The notes below the pieces were generated by a model that was not told where the DNA came from, made no database searches, and was given only the letters and a program-made list of their open reading frames with translations. Source: Eledone cirrhosa (Eukaryota). Taken from it: a DNA stretch of 64,000 nucleotides. A program made the translations under genes and the position numbers. Location of the stretch: contig OZ024745.1 of assembly GCA_964016885.1 (NCBI GenBank), forward strand, positions 16,182,001 to 16,246,000, written 5' to 3'. Numbering within the stretch: position 1 is the first letter of the stretch; each line of letters begins with the position of its first letter. Shown here piece after piece: positions 25,948-38,700 of the stretch.

Positions 25948-26072
25948 AGTGGTTCACCATACCGCTAAGGTGAAACAATTGTTTTCGGTATGGTGAACCA
26001 ACTGTTGTGTAACCACTTCTACCTAACTAGTCCCATGGACTACGGATATTACCTTCCAGTGTTCTACCACTA
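25948..26072. mobile_element. Small fold-back element plus tail between (TA)n tracts
   Basis: 15-bp arms TGGTTCACCATACCG (25950-25964) and CGGTATGGTGAACCA (25986-26000) enclose CTAAGGTGAAACAATTGTTTT. The tail reads CCACTTCTACC…CTACCACTATA. Confidence 0.65.
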
Positions 26073-26164
26073 TATATATATATATATGTGTATGTGTGTG
26101 TGTGTGTGATTGCGCGCGTGAGTGTGTGTACTGAGGTTTCAGCTATATAAGCCACTACCACTGG

Positions 26165-26315
26165 GATGTGAGAAGTGTTAGAGTGTCAGACAAAATACTT
26201 TGCGCCATTTATCTAACGCCATTCACGTTCTCAGCTAACCGAGGTCAACATTGCCTTTCGTTATAATCGCTCCCCAAGTCCAAGAAATGACTGGCTTTGA
26301 GTCTAAATTAGAAGT
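26165..26315 (+). mobile_element. SINE family A, highly decayed
   Basis: GTTAGAGTGTCAGACAAAATACTT…ACGTTCT…CCGAGGTCAACATTGCCTTTC…CTGGCTTTGAGTCTAAATTAGAA. Confidence 0.55.
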
Positions 26316-26779
26316 CATATTCCCAATTCTTTGTTTTTAATACACACATTTTGTTTATCAACATTTCTTTACATCTAGAAATATTTTTTATTATATTTAT
26401 CGATATATTATTGTTTGTTTGAATTGATATATCCTTTAGGAGAAAGTTTGTGGTGTTTGGCAGTAATATATGGATAATTTAATCATATCTACCCATTTGA
26501 ATGAAGTGATATGTTTCCAAGTGTATAATAAATATACATATAGTCACGTTGTAAATATGTCCCATCTATTTCATGCATTTCATTACATATCATTAACGCA
26601 AAATATGTGTAGTGAATGAAGCCTTATTTACGTTTAGAACAAGCACTGGTGTTTGATGACAAATTGTTGTTTCAACGGAAGTGCGGTGGGTATTGTTTAA
26701 TAGAAGGGTGATGACGGTTGTATGTCAACAGGGAGATGTTTATGGCAGGGTAGGGGATAGTGGTTTATGGTAGGGTAGA

Positions 26780-29700
26780 AGGTGTTGTTTGATGATTGGG
26801 TGGTTGTTGTTTGATGACTGGGTGGTTGTTGTTTGATGACTGGGTGGTTGTTGTTTGATGACTGGGTGGTTGTTGTTTGATGACTGGGTGGGTGTTTGAT
26901 GATTGGGTGGTTGTTGTTTCATGATTGGGTGGTTGTTGTTTGATGACTGGGTGGGTGTTTGATGATTGGGTGGGTGTTGTTTGATGACTGGGCGGTTGTT
27001 TGATGACTGGGTGGGTGTTGTTTGATGACTGGGTGGTTGTTTGATGACTGGGTGGGTGTTGTTTGATGACTAGGTGGTTGTTGTTTGATGACTGGGTGGG
27101 TGTTGTTTGATGACTGGGTGGTTGTTGTTTGATGACTGGGTGGTAGTTTGATGATTGGGTGGTTGTTGTTTCATGATTGGGAGGTTGTTTGATGACTGGG
27201 TGGGTGTTTGATGATTGGGTGGGTGTTGTTTGATGACTGGGCGGTTGTTTGATGACTGGGTGGGTGTTGTTTGATGACTGGGTGGTTGTTTCATGGCAGT
27301 AGTTGTTGTTTGGTGACAGTGGTGGTTGTTTGATGACTGGGTGGTTGTTGTTTGATGATAATGATTGTTGTTTGATGACAGTGGTGGTTGTTTGATGAGA
27401 GTGGTGGTTGTTTGATGACAGTGGTGGTTGTTTGATGACAGTGGTGGTTGTTTGATGACAGTGGTGGTTGTTTGATGACAGTAGTTGTTGTTTGATGACA
27501 GTGGTGGTTGTTTCATGACTGGGTGGTTGTTGTTTGATGACAGTGGTGGTTGTTTGATGACAGTGGTGGCTGTTTGATGACTGGGTGGTTGTTTGATGAC
27601 AGTGGTGGTTGTTTGATGACAGTGGTGGTTGTTTGATGACAGTGGTGGTTGTTTGATGACTGGGTGGTTGTTTGATGACTGGGTGGTTGTTTGATGACAG
27701 TGGTGGTTGTTTGATGACTGGGTGGTTGTTTGATGACAGTGGTGGTTGTTTGATGACTGGGTGGTTGTTTGATGACAGTGGTGGTTGTTTGATGACAGTG
27801 GTGGTTGTTTGATGACTGGGTGGTTGTTTGATGACTGGGTGGTTGTTTGATGACAGTGGTGGTTGTTTGATGACTGGGTGGTTGTTTGATGACTGGGTGG
27901 TTGTTTGATGACAGTGGTGGTTGTTTGATGACTGGGTCGTTGTTTGATGACAGTGGTGGTTGTTTGATGACAGTGGTGGTTGTTTGATGACTGGGTGGTT
28001 GTTTGATGACAGTGGTGGTTGTTTGATGACTGGGTGGTTGTTTGATGACAGTGGTGGTTGTTTGATGACTGGGTGGTTGTTTGATGACAGTGGTGGTTGT
28101 TTGATGACAGTGGTGGTTGTTTGATGACAGTGGTGGTTGTTTGATGACTGGGTGGTTGTTTGATGACAGTGTTTGTTGTTTGATGACAGTGGTGGTTGTT
28201 TGATGACTGGGTGGTTGTTTGATGACTGGGTGGTTGTTTGATGACAGTGGCTGTTGTTTGATGACTGTGGTGGTTGTTTGATGACTGGGCGGTTGTTTGA
28301 TGACAGTGGCTGTTGTTTGATGACTGTGGTAATTGTTTGATGACTGGGTGGTTGTTTGATGACTGGGTGGTTGTTTAATGACAGTGGCTGTTGTTTGATG
28401 ACTGTGGTGGTTGTTTGATGACAGTGGTTATTTTTTGATGACTGTGGTGGTTGTTTGATGACTGTGGTGGTTGTTTGATGACTGGGTGGTTGTTTGATGA
28501 CAGTGGCTGTTGTTTGGTGACAGTGGTGGTTGTTTGATGAGTGGGTGGTTGTTGTTTGATGATAATGATTGTTGTTTGATGACAGGGGTAGTTGTTTGAT
28601 GACAGTGGTGGTTGTTTGATGACTGGGTGGTTGTTTTATGACAGTGGTGGTTGTTTGATGACTGGGTGGTTGTTTGATGACTGGTGGTTGTTTGATGACA
28701 GTGGTGGTTGTTTGATGACAGTGGTGGTTGTTTGATGACAGTCGTGGTTGTTTGATGACAGTGGTGGTTGTTTGATGACTGGGTGGTTGTTGTTTGATGA
28801 CAATGTAAGTTGTTTGATGATAGTGGTGGTTGTTTGATGACAGTGGTGGTTGTTTGATGACTGGGTGGTTGTTTTATGACAGTGGTGGTTGTTTGATGAC
28901 TGGGTGGTTGTTTGATGACAGTGGTGGTTGTTTGATGACAGTGGTGTTTGTTTGATGACAGTGGTGGTTGTTTGATGACAGTAGTTGTTGTTTGATGACA
29001 GTGGTGGTTGTTTGATGACTGGGTGGTTGTTTGATGACAGTGGTTGTTGTTTGATGACAGTGGTGGTTGTTTGATGACAGTGGTGGCTGTTTGATGACTG
29101 GGTGGTTGTTTGATGACAGTGGTGGTTGTTTGATGACAGTGGTGGTTGTTTGATGACAGTGGTGGTTGTTTGATGACTGGGTGGTTGTTTGATGACTGGG
29201 TGGTTGTTTGATGACAGTGGTGGTTGTTTGATGACTGGGTGGTTGTTTGATGACAGTGGTGGTTGTTTGATGACTGGGTGGTTGTTTGATGACAGTGGTG
29301 GTTGTTTGATGACAGCGGTGGTTGTTTGATGACTGGGTGGTTGTTTGATGACAGTGGTGTTTGTTTGATGACTGGGTGGTTGTTTGATGACTGGGTGGTT
29401 GTTTGATGACGGTGGTGGTTGTTTGATGACTGGGTGGTTGTTTGATGACAGTGGTGGTTGTTTGATGACAGTGGTGGTTGTTTGATGACAGTGGTGGTTG
29501 TTTGATGACTGGGTGGTTGTTTGATGACTGGGTGGTTGTTTGATGACTGGGTGGTGGTTGTTTGATGACTGGGTGGTTGTTTGATGACAGTGGTGGTTGT
29601 TTGATGACTGGGTGGTTGTTTGATGACAGTGGTGGTTGTTTGATGACAGTGGTGGTTGTTTGATGACAGTGGTGGTTGTTTGATGACTGGGTGGTTGTTT

Positions 29701-32700
29701 GATGACAGTGTTTGTTTTTTGATGACAGTGGTGGTTGTTTGATGACTGGGTGGTTGTTTGATGACTGGGTGGTTGTTTGATGACAGTGGCTGTTGTTTGA
29801 TGACTGTGGTGGTTGTTTGATGACTGGGCGGTTGTTTGATGACAGTGGCTGTTGTTTGATGACTGTGGTAGTTGTTTGATGACTGGGTGGTTGTTTGATG
29901 TCTGGGTGGTTGTTTAATGACAGTGGCTGTTGTTTGATGACTGTGGTGGTTGTTTGATGACTGGGTGGTTGTTTGATGACAGTGGTTATTGTTTGATGAC
30001 TGTGGTGGTTGTTTGATGACTGTGGTGGTTGTTTGATGACTGGGTGGTTGTTTGATGACAGTGGCTGTTGTTTGGTGACAGTGGTGGTTGTTTGATGACT
30101 GGGTGGTTGTTGTTTGATGATAATGATTGTTGTTTGATGACAGTGGTGGTTGTTTGATGACAGTGGTGGTTGTTTGATGACTGGGTGGTTGTTTTATGAC
30201 AGTGGTGGTTGTTTGATGACTGGGTGGTTGTTTGATGACAGTGGTGGTTGTTTGATGACAGTGGTGGTTGTTTGATGACAGTGGTGGTTGTTTGATGACA
30301 GTGGTGGTTGTTTGATGACAGTGGTGGTTGTTTGATGACTGGGTGATTGTTGTTTGATGACTGGGTGGGTGTTTGATGATTGGGTGGTTGTTGTTTCATG
30401 ATTGGGTGGTTGTTGTTTGATGACTGGGTGGGTGTTTGATGATTGGGTGGTTGTTGTTTGATGATAATGATTGTTGTTTGATGACAGTGGTGGTTGTTTG
30501 ATGACAGTGGTGGTTGTTTGATGACTGGGTGGTTGTTTTATGACAGTGGTGGTTGTTTGATGACAGTGGTTATTTTTTGATGACTGTGGTGGTTGTTTGA
30601 TGACTGTGGTGGTTGTTTGATGACTGGGTGGTTGTTTGATGACAGTGGCTGTTGTTTGGTGACAGTGGTGGTTGTTTGATGACTGGGTGGTTGTTGTTTG
30701 ATGATAATGATTGTTGTTTGATGACAGGGGTGGTTGTTTGATGACAGTGGTGGTTGTTTGATGACTGGGTGGTTGTTTTATGACAGTGGTTGTTGTTTGA
30801 TGACTGGGTGGTTGTTTGATGACTGGTGGTTGTTTGATGACAGTGGTGGTTGTTTGATGACAGTGGTGGTTGTTTGATGACAGTCGTGGTTGTTTGATGA
30901 CAGTGGTGGTTGTTTGATGACTGGGTGGTTGTTGTTTGATGACAATGTAAGTTGTTTGATGATAGTGGTGGTTGTTTGATGACAGTGGTGGTTGTTTGAT
31001 GACTGGGTGGTTGTTTTATGACAGTGGTGGTTGTTTGATGACTGGGTGGTTGTTTGATGACAGTGGTGGTTGTTTGATGACAGTGGTGGTTGTTTGATGA
31101 CAGTGGTGGTTGTTTGATGACAGTAGTTGTTGTTTGATGACAGTGGTGGTTGTTTGATGACTGGGTGGTTGTTTGATGACAGTGGTTGTTGTTTGATGAC
31201 AGTGGTGGTTGTTTGATGACAGTGGTGGCTGTTTGATGACTGGGTGGTTGTTTGATGACAGTGGTGGTTGTTTGATGACAGTGGTGGTTGTTTGATGACA
31301 GTGGTGGTTGTTTGATGACTGGGTGGTTGTTTGATGACTGGGTGGTTGTTTGATGACAGTGGTGGTTGTTTGATGACTGGGTGGTTGTTTGATGACAGTG
31401 GTGGTTGTTTGATGACTGGGTGGTTGTTTGATGACAGTGGTGGTTGTTTGATGACAGTGGTGGTTGTTTGATGACTGGGTGGTTGTTTGATGACAGTGGT
31501 GGTTGTTTGATGACTGGGTGGTAGTTTGATGACTGGGTGGTTGTTTGATGACGGTGGTGGTTGTTTGATGACTGGGTGGTTGTTTGATGACAGTGGTGGT
31601 TGTTTGATGACAGTGGTGGTTGTTTGATGACAGTGGTGGTTGTTTGATGACTGGGTGGTTGTTTGATGACTGGGTGGTTGTTTGATGACAGTGGTGGTTG
31701 TTTGATGACTGGGTGGTTGTTTGATGACAGTGGTGGTTGTTTGATGACTGGGTGGTTGTTTGATGACAGTGGTGGTTGTTTGATGACAGTGGTGGTTGTT
31801 TGATGACAGTGGTGGTTGTTTGATGACTGGGTGGTTGTTTGATGACAGTGTTTGTTTTTTGATGACAGTGGTGGTTGTTTGATGACTGGGTGGTTGTTTG
31901 ATGACTGGGCGGTTGTTTGATGACAGTGGCTGTTGTTTGATGACTGTGGTAGTTGTTTGATGACTGGGTGGTTGTTTGATGTCTGGGTGGTTGTTTAATG
32001 ACAGTGGCTGTTGTTTGATGACTGTGGTGGTTGTTTGATGACTGGGTGGTTGTTTGATGACAGTGGTTATTGTTTGATGACTGTGGTGGTTGTTTGATGA
32101 CTGTGGTGGTTGTTTGATGACTGGGTGGTTGTTTGATGACAGTGGCTGTTGTTTGGTGACAGTGGTGGTTGTTTGATGATAATGATTGTTGTTTGATGAC
32201 AGTGGTGGTTGTTTGATGACAGTGGTGGTTGTTTGATGACTGGGTGGTTGTTTTATGACAGTGGTGGTTGTTTGATGACTGGGTGGTTGTTTGATGACAG
32301 TGGTGGTTGTTTGATGACAGTGGTGGTTGTTTGATGACAGTGGTGGTTGTTTGATGACAGTGGTGGTTGTTTGATGACAGTGGTGGTTGTTTGATGACTG
32401 GGTGATTGTTGTTTGATGACTGGGTGGGTGTTTGATGATTGGGTGGTTGTTGTTTCATGATTGGGTGGTTGTTGTTTGATGACTGGGTGGGTGTTTGATG
32501 ATTGGGTGGGTGTTGTTTGATGACTGGGCGGTTGTTTGATGACTGGGTGGGTGTTGTTTGATGACTGGGTGGTTGTTTGATGACTGGGTGGGTGTTGTTT
32601 GATGACTAGGTTGTTGTTGTTTGATGACTGGGTGGGTGTTGTTTGATGACTGGGTGGTTGTTTGATGACTGGGTGGCTGTTGTTTGATGACTGGGTGGTA

Positions 32701-35700
32701 GTTTGATGATTGGGTGGTTGTTGTTTCATGATTGGGAGGTTGTTTGATGACTGGGTGGGTGTTTGATGATTGGGTGGGTGTTGTTTGATGACTGGGTGGT
32801 TGTTTGATGACTGGGTGGGTGTTGTTTGATGACTGGGTGGTTGTTTCATGGCAGTAGTTGTTGTTTGGTGACAGTGGTGGTTGTTTGATGACTGGGTGGT
32901 TGTTGTTTGATAATAATGATTGTTGTTTGATGACAGTGGTGGTTGTTTGATGACAGTGGTGGTTGTTTGATGACTGGGTGGTTGTTTTATGACAGTGGTG
33001 GTTGTTTGATGACTGGGTGGTTGTTTGATGACAGTGGTGGTTGTTTGATGACAGTGGTGGTTGTTTGATGACAGTGGTGGTTGTTTGATGACTGGGTGGT
33101 TGTTGTTTGATGACAATGTAAGTTGTTTGATGATAGTGGTGGTTGTTTGATGACAGTGGTGGTTGTTTGATGACTGGGTGGTTGTTTTACGACAGAGGTG
33201 GTTGTTTGATGACTGGGTGGTTGTTTGATGACAGTGGTGGTTGTTTGATGACAGTGGTGGTTGTTTGATGACAGTGGTGGTTGTTTGATGGCAGTAGTTG
33301 TTGTTTGATGACAGTGGTGGTTGTTTCATGACTGGGTGGTTGTTGTTTGATGACAGTGGTGGTTGTTTGATGAGAGTGGTGGCTGTTTGATGACTGGGTG
33401 GTTGTTTGATGACTGGGTGGTTGTTTGATGACAGTGGTGGTTGTTTGATGACTGGGTGGTTGTTTGATGACAGTGGTGGTTGTTTGATGACTGGGTGGTT
33501 GTTTGATGACAGTGGTGGTTGTTTGATGACAGTGGTGGTTGTTTGATGACTGGGTGGTTGTTTGTTGACAGTGGTGGTTGTTTGATGACTGGGTGGTTGT
33601 TTGATGACTGGGTGGTTGTTTGATGACAGTGGTGGTTGTTTGATGACTGGGTGGTTGTTTGATGACAGTGGTGGTTGTTTGATGACAGTGGTGGTTGTTT
33701 GATGACAGTGGTGGTTGTTTGATGACTGGGTGGTTGTTTGATGACTGGGTGGTTGTTTGATGACAGTGGTGGTTGTTTGATGACTGGGTGGTTGTTTGAT
33801 GACAGTGGTGGTTGTTTGATGACTGGGTGGTTGTTTGATGACAGTGGTGGTTGTTTGATGACAGTGGTGGTTGTTTGATGACAGTGGTGGTTGTTTGATG
33901 ACTGGGTGGTTGTTTGATGACAGTGTTTGTTGTTTGATGACAGTGGTGGTTGTTTGATGACTGGGTGGTTGTTTGATGACTGGGTGGTTGTTTGATGACA
34001 GTGGCTGTTGTTTGATGACTGTGGTGGTTGTTTGATGACTGGGCGGTTGTTTGATGACTGGGTGGCTGTTGTTTGATGACTGTGGTAGTTGTTTGATGAC
34101 TGGGTGGTTGTTTGATGACTGGGTGGTTGTTTAATGACAGTGGCTGTTGTTTGATGACTGTGGTGGTTGTTTGATGACTGGGTGGTTGTTTGATGACAGT
34201 GGTTATTGTTTGATGACTGTGGTGGTTGTTTGATGACTGTGGTGGTTGTTTGATGACTGGGTGGTTGTTTGATGACAGTGGCTGTTGTTTGGTGACAGTG
34301 GTGGTTGTTTGATGACTGGGTGGTTGTTGTTTGATGATAATGATTGTTGTTTGATGACAGGGGTGGTTGTTTGATGACAGTGGTGGTTGTTTGATGACTG
34401 GGTGGTTGTTTTATGACAGTGGTGGTTGTTTGATGACTGGGTGGTTGTTTGATGACAGTGGTGGTTGTTTGATGACAGTGGTGGTTGTTTGATGACAGTG
34501 GTGGTTGTTTGATGATAGTGGTGGTTGTTTGATGACAGTGGTGGTTGTTTGATGACTGGGTGGTTGTTGTTTGATGACAATGTAAGTTGTTTGATGATAG
34601 TGGTGGTTGTTTGATGACAGTGGTGGTTGTTTGATGACTGGGTGGTTGTTTTATGACAGTGGTGGTTGTTTGATGACTGGGTGGTTGTTTGATGACAGTG
34701 GTGGTTGTTTGATGACAGTGGTGGTTGTTTGATGACAGTGGTGGTTGTTTGATGACAGTAGTTGTTGGTTGATGACAGTGGTGGTTGTTTGATGACTGGG
34801 TGGTTGTTTGATGACAGTGGTTGTTGTTTGATGACAGTGGTGGTTGTTTGATGACAGTGGTGGCTGTTTGATGACTGGGTGGTTGTTTGATGACAGTGGT
34901 GGTTGTTTGATGACAGTGGTGGTTGTTTGATGACAGTGGTGGTTGTTTGATGACTGGGTGGTTGTTTGATGACTGGGTGGTTGTTTGATAACAGTGGTGG
35001 TTGTTTGATGACTGGGTGGTTGTTTGATGACAGTGGTGGTTGTTTGATGACAGTGGTGGTTGTTTGATGACTGGGTAGTTGTTTGATGACAGTGGTGGTT
35101 GTTTGATGACTGGGTGGTTGTTTGATGACTGGGTGGTTGTTTGATGACAGTGGTGGTTGTTTGATGACTGGGTGGTTGTTTGATGACAGTGGTGGTTGTT
35201 TGATGACAGTGGTGGTTGTTTGATGACAGTGGTGGTTGTTTGATGACTGGGTGGTTGTTTGATGACTGGGTGGTTGTTTGATGACAGTGGTGGTTGTTTG
35301 ATGACTGGGTGGTTGTTTGATGACAGTGGTGGTTGTTTGATGACTGGGTGGTTGTTTGATGACAGTGGTGGTTGTTTCATGACAGTGGTGGTTGTTTGAT
35401 GACAGTGGTGGTTGTTTGATGATAGTGGTGGTTGTTTGATGACAGTAGTTGTTGTTTGATGACAGTGGTGGTTGTTTCATGACTGGGTGGTTGTTGTTTG
35501 ATGACAGTGGTGGTTGTTTGATGACAGTGGTGGCTGTTTGATGACTGGGTGGTTGTTTGATGACAGTGGTGGTTGTTTGATGACAGTGGTGGTTGTTTGA
35601 TGACAGTGGTGGTTGTTTGATGACTGGGTGGTTGTTTGATGACTGGGTGGTTGTTTGATGACAGTGGTGGTTGTTTGATGACTGGGTGGTTGTTTGATGA

Positions 35701-38700
35701 CAGTGGTGGTTGTTTGATGACTGGGTGGTTGTTTGATGACAGTGGTGGTTGTTTGATGACAGTGGTGGTTGTTTGATGACTGGGTGGTTGTTTGATGACA
35801 GTGGTGGTTGTTTGATGACTGGGTGGTTGTTTGATGACTGGGTGGTTGTTTGATGACAGTGGTGGTTGTTTGATGACTGGGTGGTTGTTTGATGACAGTG
35901 GTGGTTGTTTGATGACAGTGGTGGTTGTTTGATGACAGTGGTGGTTGTTTGATGACTGGGTGGTTGTTTGATGACTGGGTGGTTGTTTGATGACAGTGGT
36001 GGTTGTTTGATGACTGGGTGGTTGTTTGATGACAGTGGTGGTTGTTTGATGACTGGGTGGTTGTTTGATGACAGTGGTGGTTGTTTGATGACAGTGGTGG
36101 TTGTTTGATGACAGTCGTGGTTGTTTGATGACTGGGTGGTTGTTTGATGACAGTGGCTGTTGTTTGATGACTGTGGTGGTTGTTTGATGACTGGGCGGTT
36201 GTTTGATGACAGTGGCTGTTGTTTGATGACTGTGGTAGTTGTTTGATGACTGGGTGGTTGTTTGATGACTGGGTGGTTGTTTAATGACAGTGGCTGTTGT
36301 TTGATGACTGTGGTGGTTGTTTGATGACTAAGTGGATGTTTGATGACAGTGGTTATTGTTTGATGACTGTGGTGGTTGTTTGATGACTGTGGTGGTTGTT
36401 TGATGACTGGGTGGTTGTTTGATGACAGTGGCTGTTGTTTGGTGACAGTGGTGGTTGTTTGATGACTGGGTGGTTGTTGTTTGATGATAATGATTGTTGT
36501 TTGATGACAGGGGTGGTTGTTTGATGACAGTCGTGGTTGTTTGATGACTGGGTGGTTGTTTTATGACAGTGGTGGTTGTTTGATGACTGGGTGGTTGTTT
36601 GATGACAGTGGTGGTTGTTTGATGACAGTGGTGGTTGTTTGATGACAGTGGTGGTTGTTTGATGACAGTGGTGGTTGTTTGATGACAGTGGTGGTTGTTT
36701 GATGACTGGGTGGTTGTTGTTTGATGACAATGTAAGTTGTTTGATGATAGTGGTGGTTGTTTGATGACAGTGGTGGTTGTTTGATGACTGGCTGGTTGTT
36801 TTATGACAGTGGTGGTTGTTTGATGACTGGGTGGTTGTTTGATGACAGTGGTGGTTGTTTGATGACAGTGGTGGTTGTTTGATGACAGTGGTGGTTGTTT
36901 GATGACAGTAGTTGTTGTTTGATGACAGTGGTGGTTGTTTGATGACTGGGTGGTTGTTTGATGACAGTGGTTGTTGTTTGATGACAGTGGTGGTTGTTTG
37001 ATGACAGTGGTGGCTGTTTGATGACTGGGTGGTTGTTTGATGACAGTGGTGGTTGTTTGATGACAGTGGTGGTTGTTTGATGACAGTGGTGGTTATTTGA
37101 TGACTGGGTGGTTGTTTGATGACTGGGTGGTTGTTTGATGACAGTGGTGGTTGTTTGATGACTGGGTGGTTGTTTGATGACAGTGGTGGTTGTTTGATGA
37201 CTGGGTGGTTGTTTGATGACAGTGGTGGTTGTTTGATGACAGTGGTGGTTGTTTGATGACTGGGTGGTTGTTTGATGACAGTGGTGGTTGTTTGATGACT
37301 GGGTGGTTGTTTGATGACTGGGTGGTTGTTTGATGACAGTGGTGGTTGTTTGATGACTGGGTGGTTGTTTGATGACTGGGTGGTTGTTTGATGACAGTGG
37401 TGGTTGTTTGATGACTGGGTGGTTGTTTGATGACTGGGTGGTTGTTTGATGACAGTGGTGGTTGTTTGATGACTGGGTGGTTGTTTGATGACAGTGGTGG
37501 TTGTTTGATGACTGGGTGGTTGTTTGATGACAGTGGTGGTTGTTTGATGACAGTGGTGGTTGTTTGATGACAGTGGTGGTTGTTTGATGACTGGGTGGTT
37601 GTTTGATGACAGTGTTTGTTGTTTGATGACAGTGGTGGTTGTTTGATGACTGGGTGGTTGTTTGATGACTGGGTGGTTGTTTGATGACAGTGGCTGTTGT
37701 TTGATGACTGTGGTGGTTGTTTGATGACTGGGCGGTTGTTTGATGACAGTGGCTGTTGTTTGATGACTGTGGTAGTTGTTTGATGACTGGGTGGTTGTTT
37801 GATGTCTGGGTGGTTGTCTAATGACAGTGGCTGTTGTTTGATGACTGTGGTGGTTGTTTGATGACTGGGTGGTTGTTTGATGACAGTGGTTATTGTTTGA
37901 TGACTGTGGTGGTTGTTTGATGACTGTGGTGGTTGTTTGATGACTGGGTGGTTGTTTGATGACAGTGGCTGTTGTTTGGTGACAGTGGTGGTTGTTTGAT
38001 GACTGGGTGGTTGTTGTTTGATGATAATGATTGTTGTTTGATGACAGTGGTGGTTGTTTGATGACAGTGGTGGTTGTTTGATGACTGGGTGGTTGTTTTA
38101 TGACAGTGGTGGTTGTTTGATGACTTGGTGGTTGTCTGATGACAGTGGTGGTTGTTTGATGACAGTGGTGGTTGTTTGATGACAGTGGTGGTTGTTTGAT
38201 GACAGTGGTGGTTGTTCGATGACAGTGGTGGTTGTTTGATGACTGGGTGGTTGTTGTTTGATGACAATGTAAGTTGTTTGATGATAGTGGTGGTTGTTTG
38301 ATGACAGTGGTGGTTGTTTGATGACTGGGTGGTTGTTTTATGACAGTGGTGGTTGTTTGATGACTGGGTGGTTGTTTGATGACAGTGGTGGTTGTTTGAT
38401 GACAGTAGTTGTTGTTTGATGACAGTGGTGGTTGTTTCATGACTGGGTGGTTGTTGTTTGATGACAGTGGTGGTTGTTTGATGACAGTTGTGGCTGTTTG
38501 ATGACTGGGTGGTTGTTGTATGACAGTGGTGGTTGTTTGATGACAGTGGTGGTTGTTTGATGACTGGGTGGTTGTTTGACGACTGGGTGGTTGTTTGATG
38601 ACTGGGTGGTTGTTTGATGACAGTGGTTGTTGTTTGATGACAGTGGTGGTTGTTTGATGACAGTGGTGGTTGTTGTTTAATGACAGTGGTGGTTGTTTGA

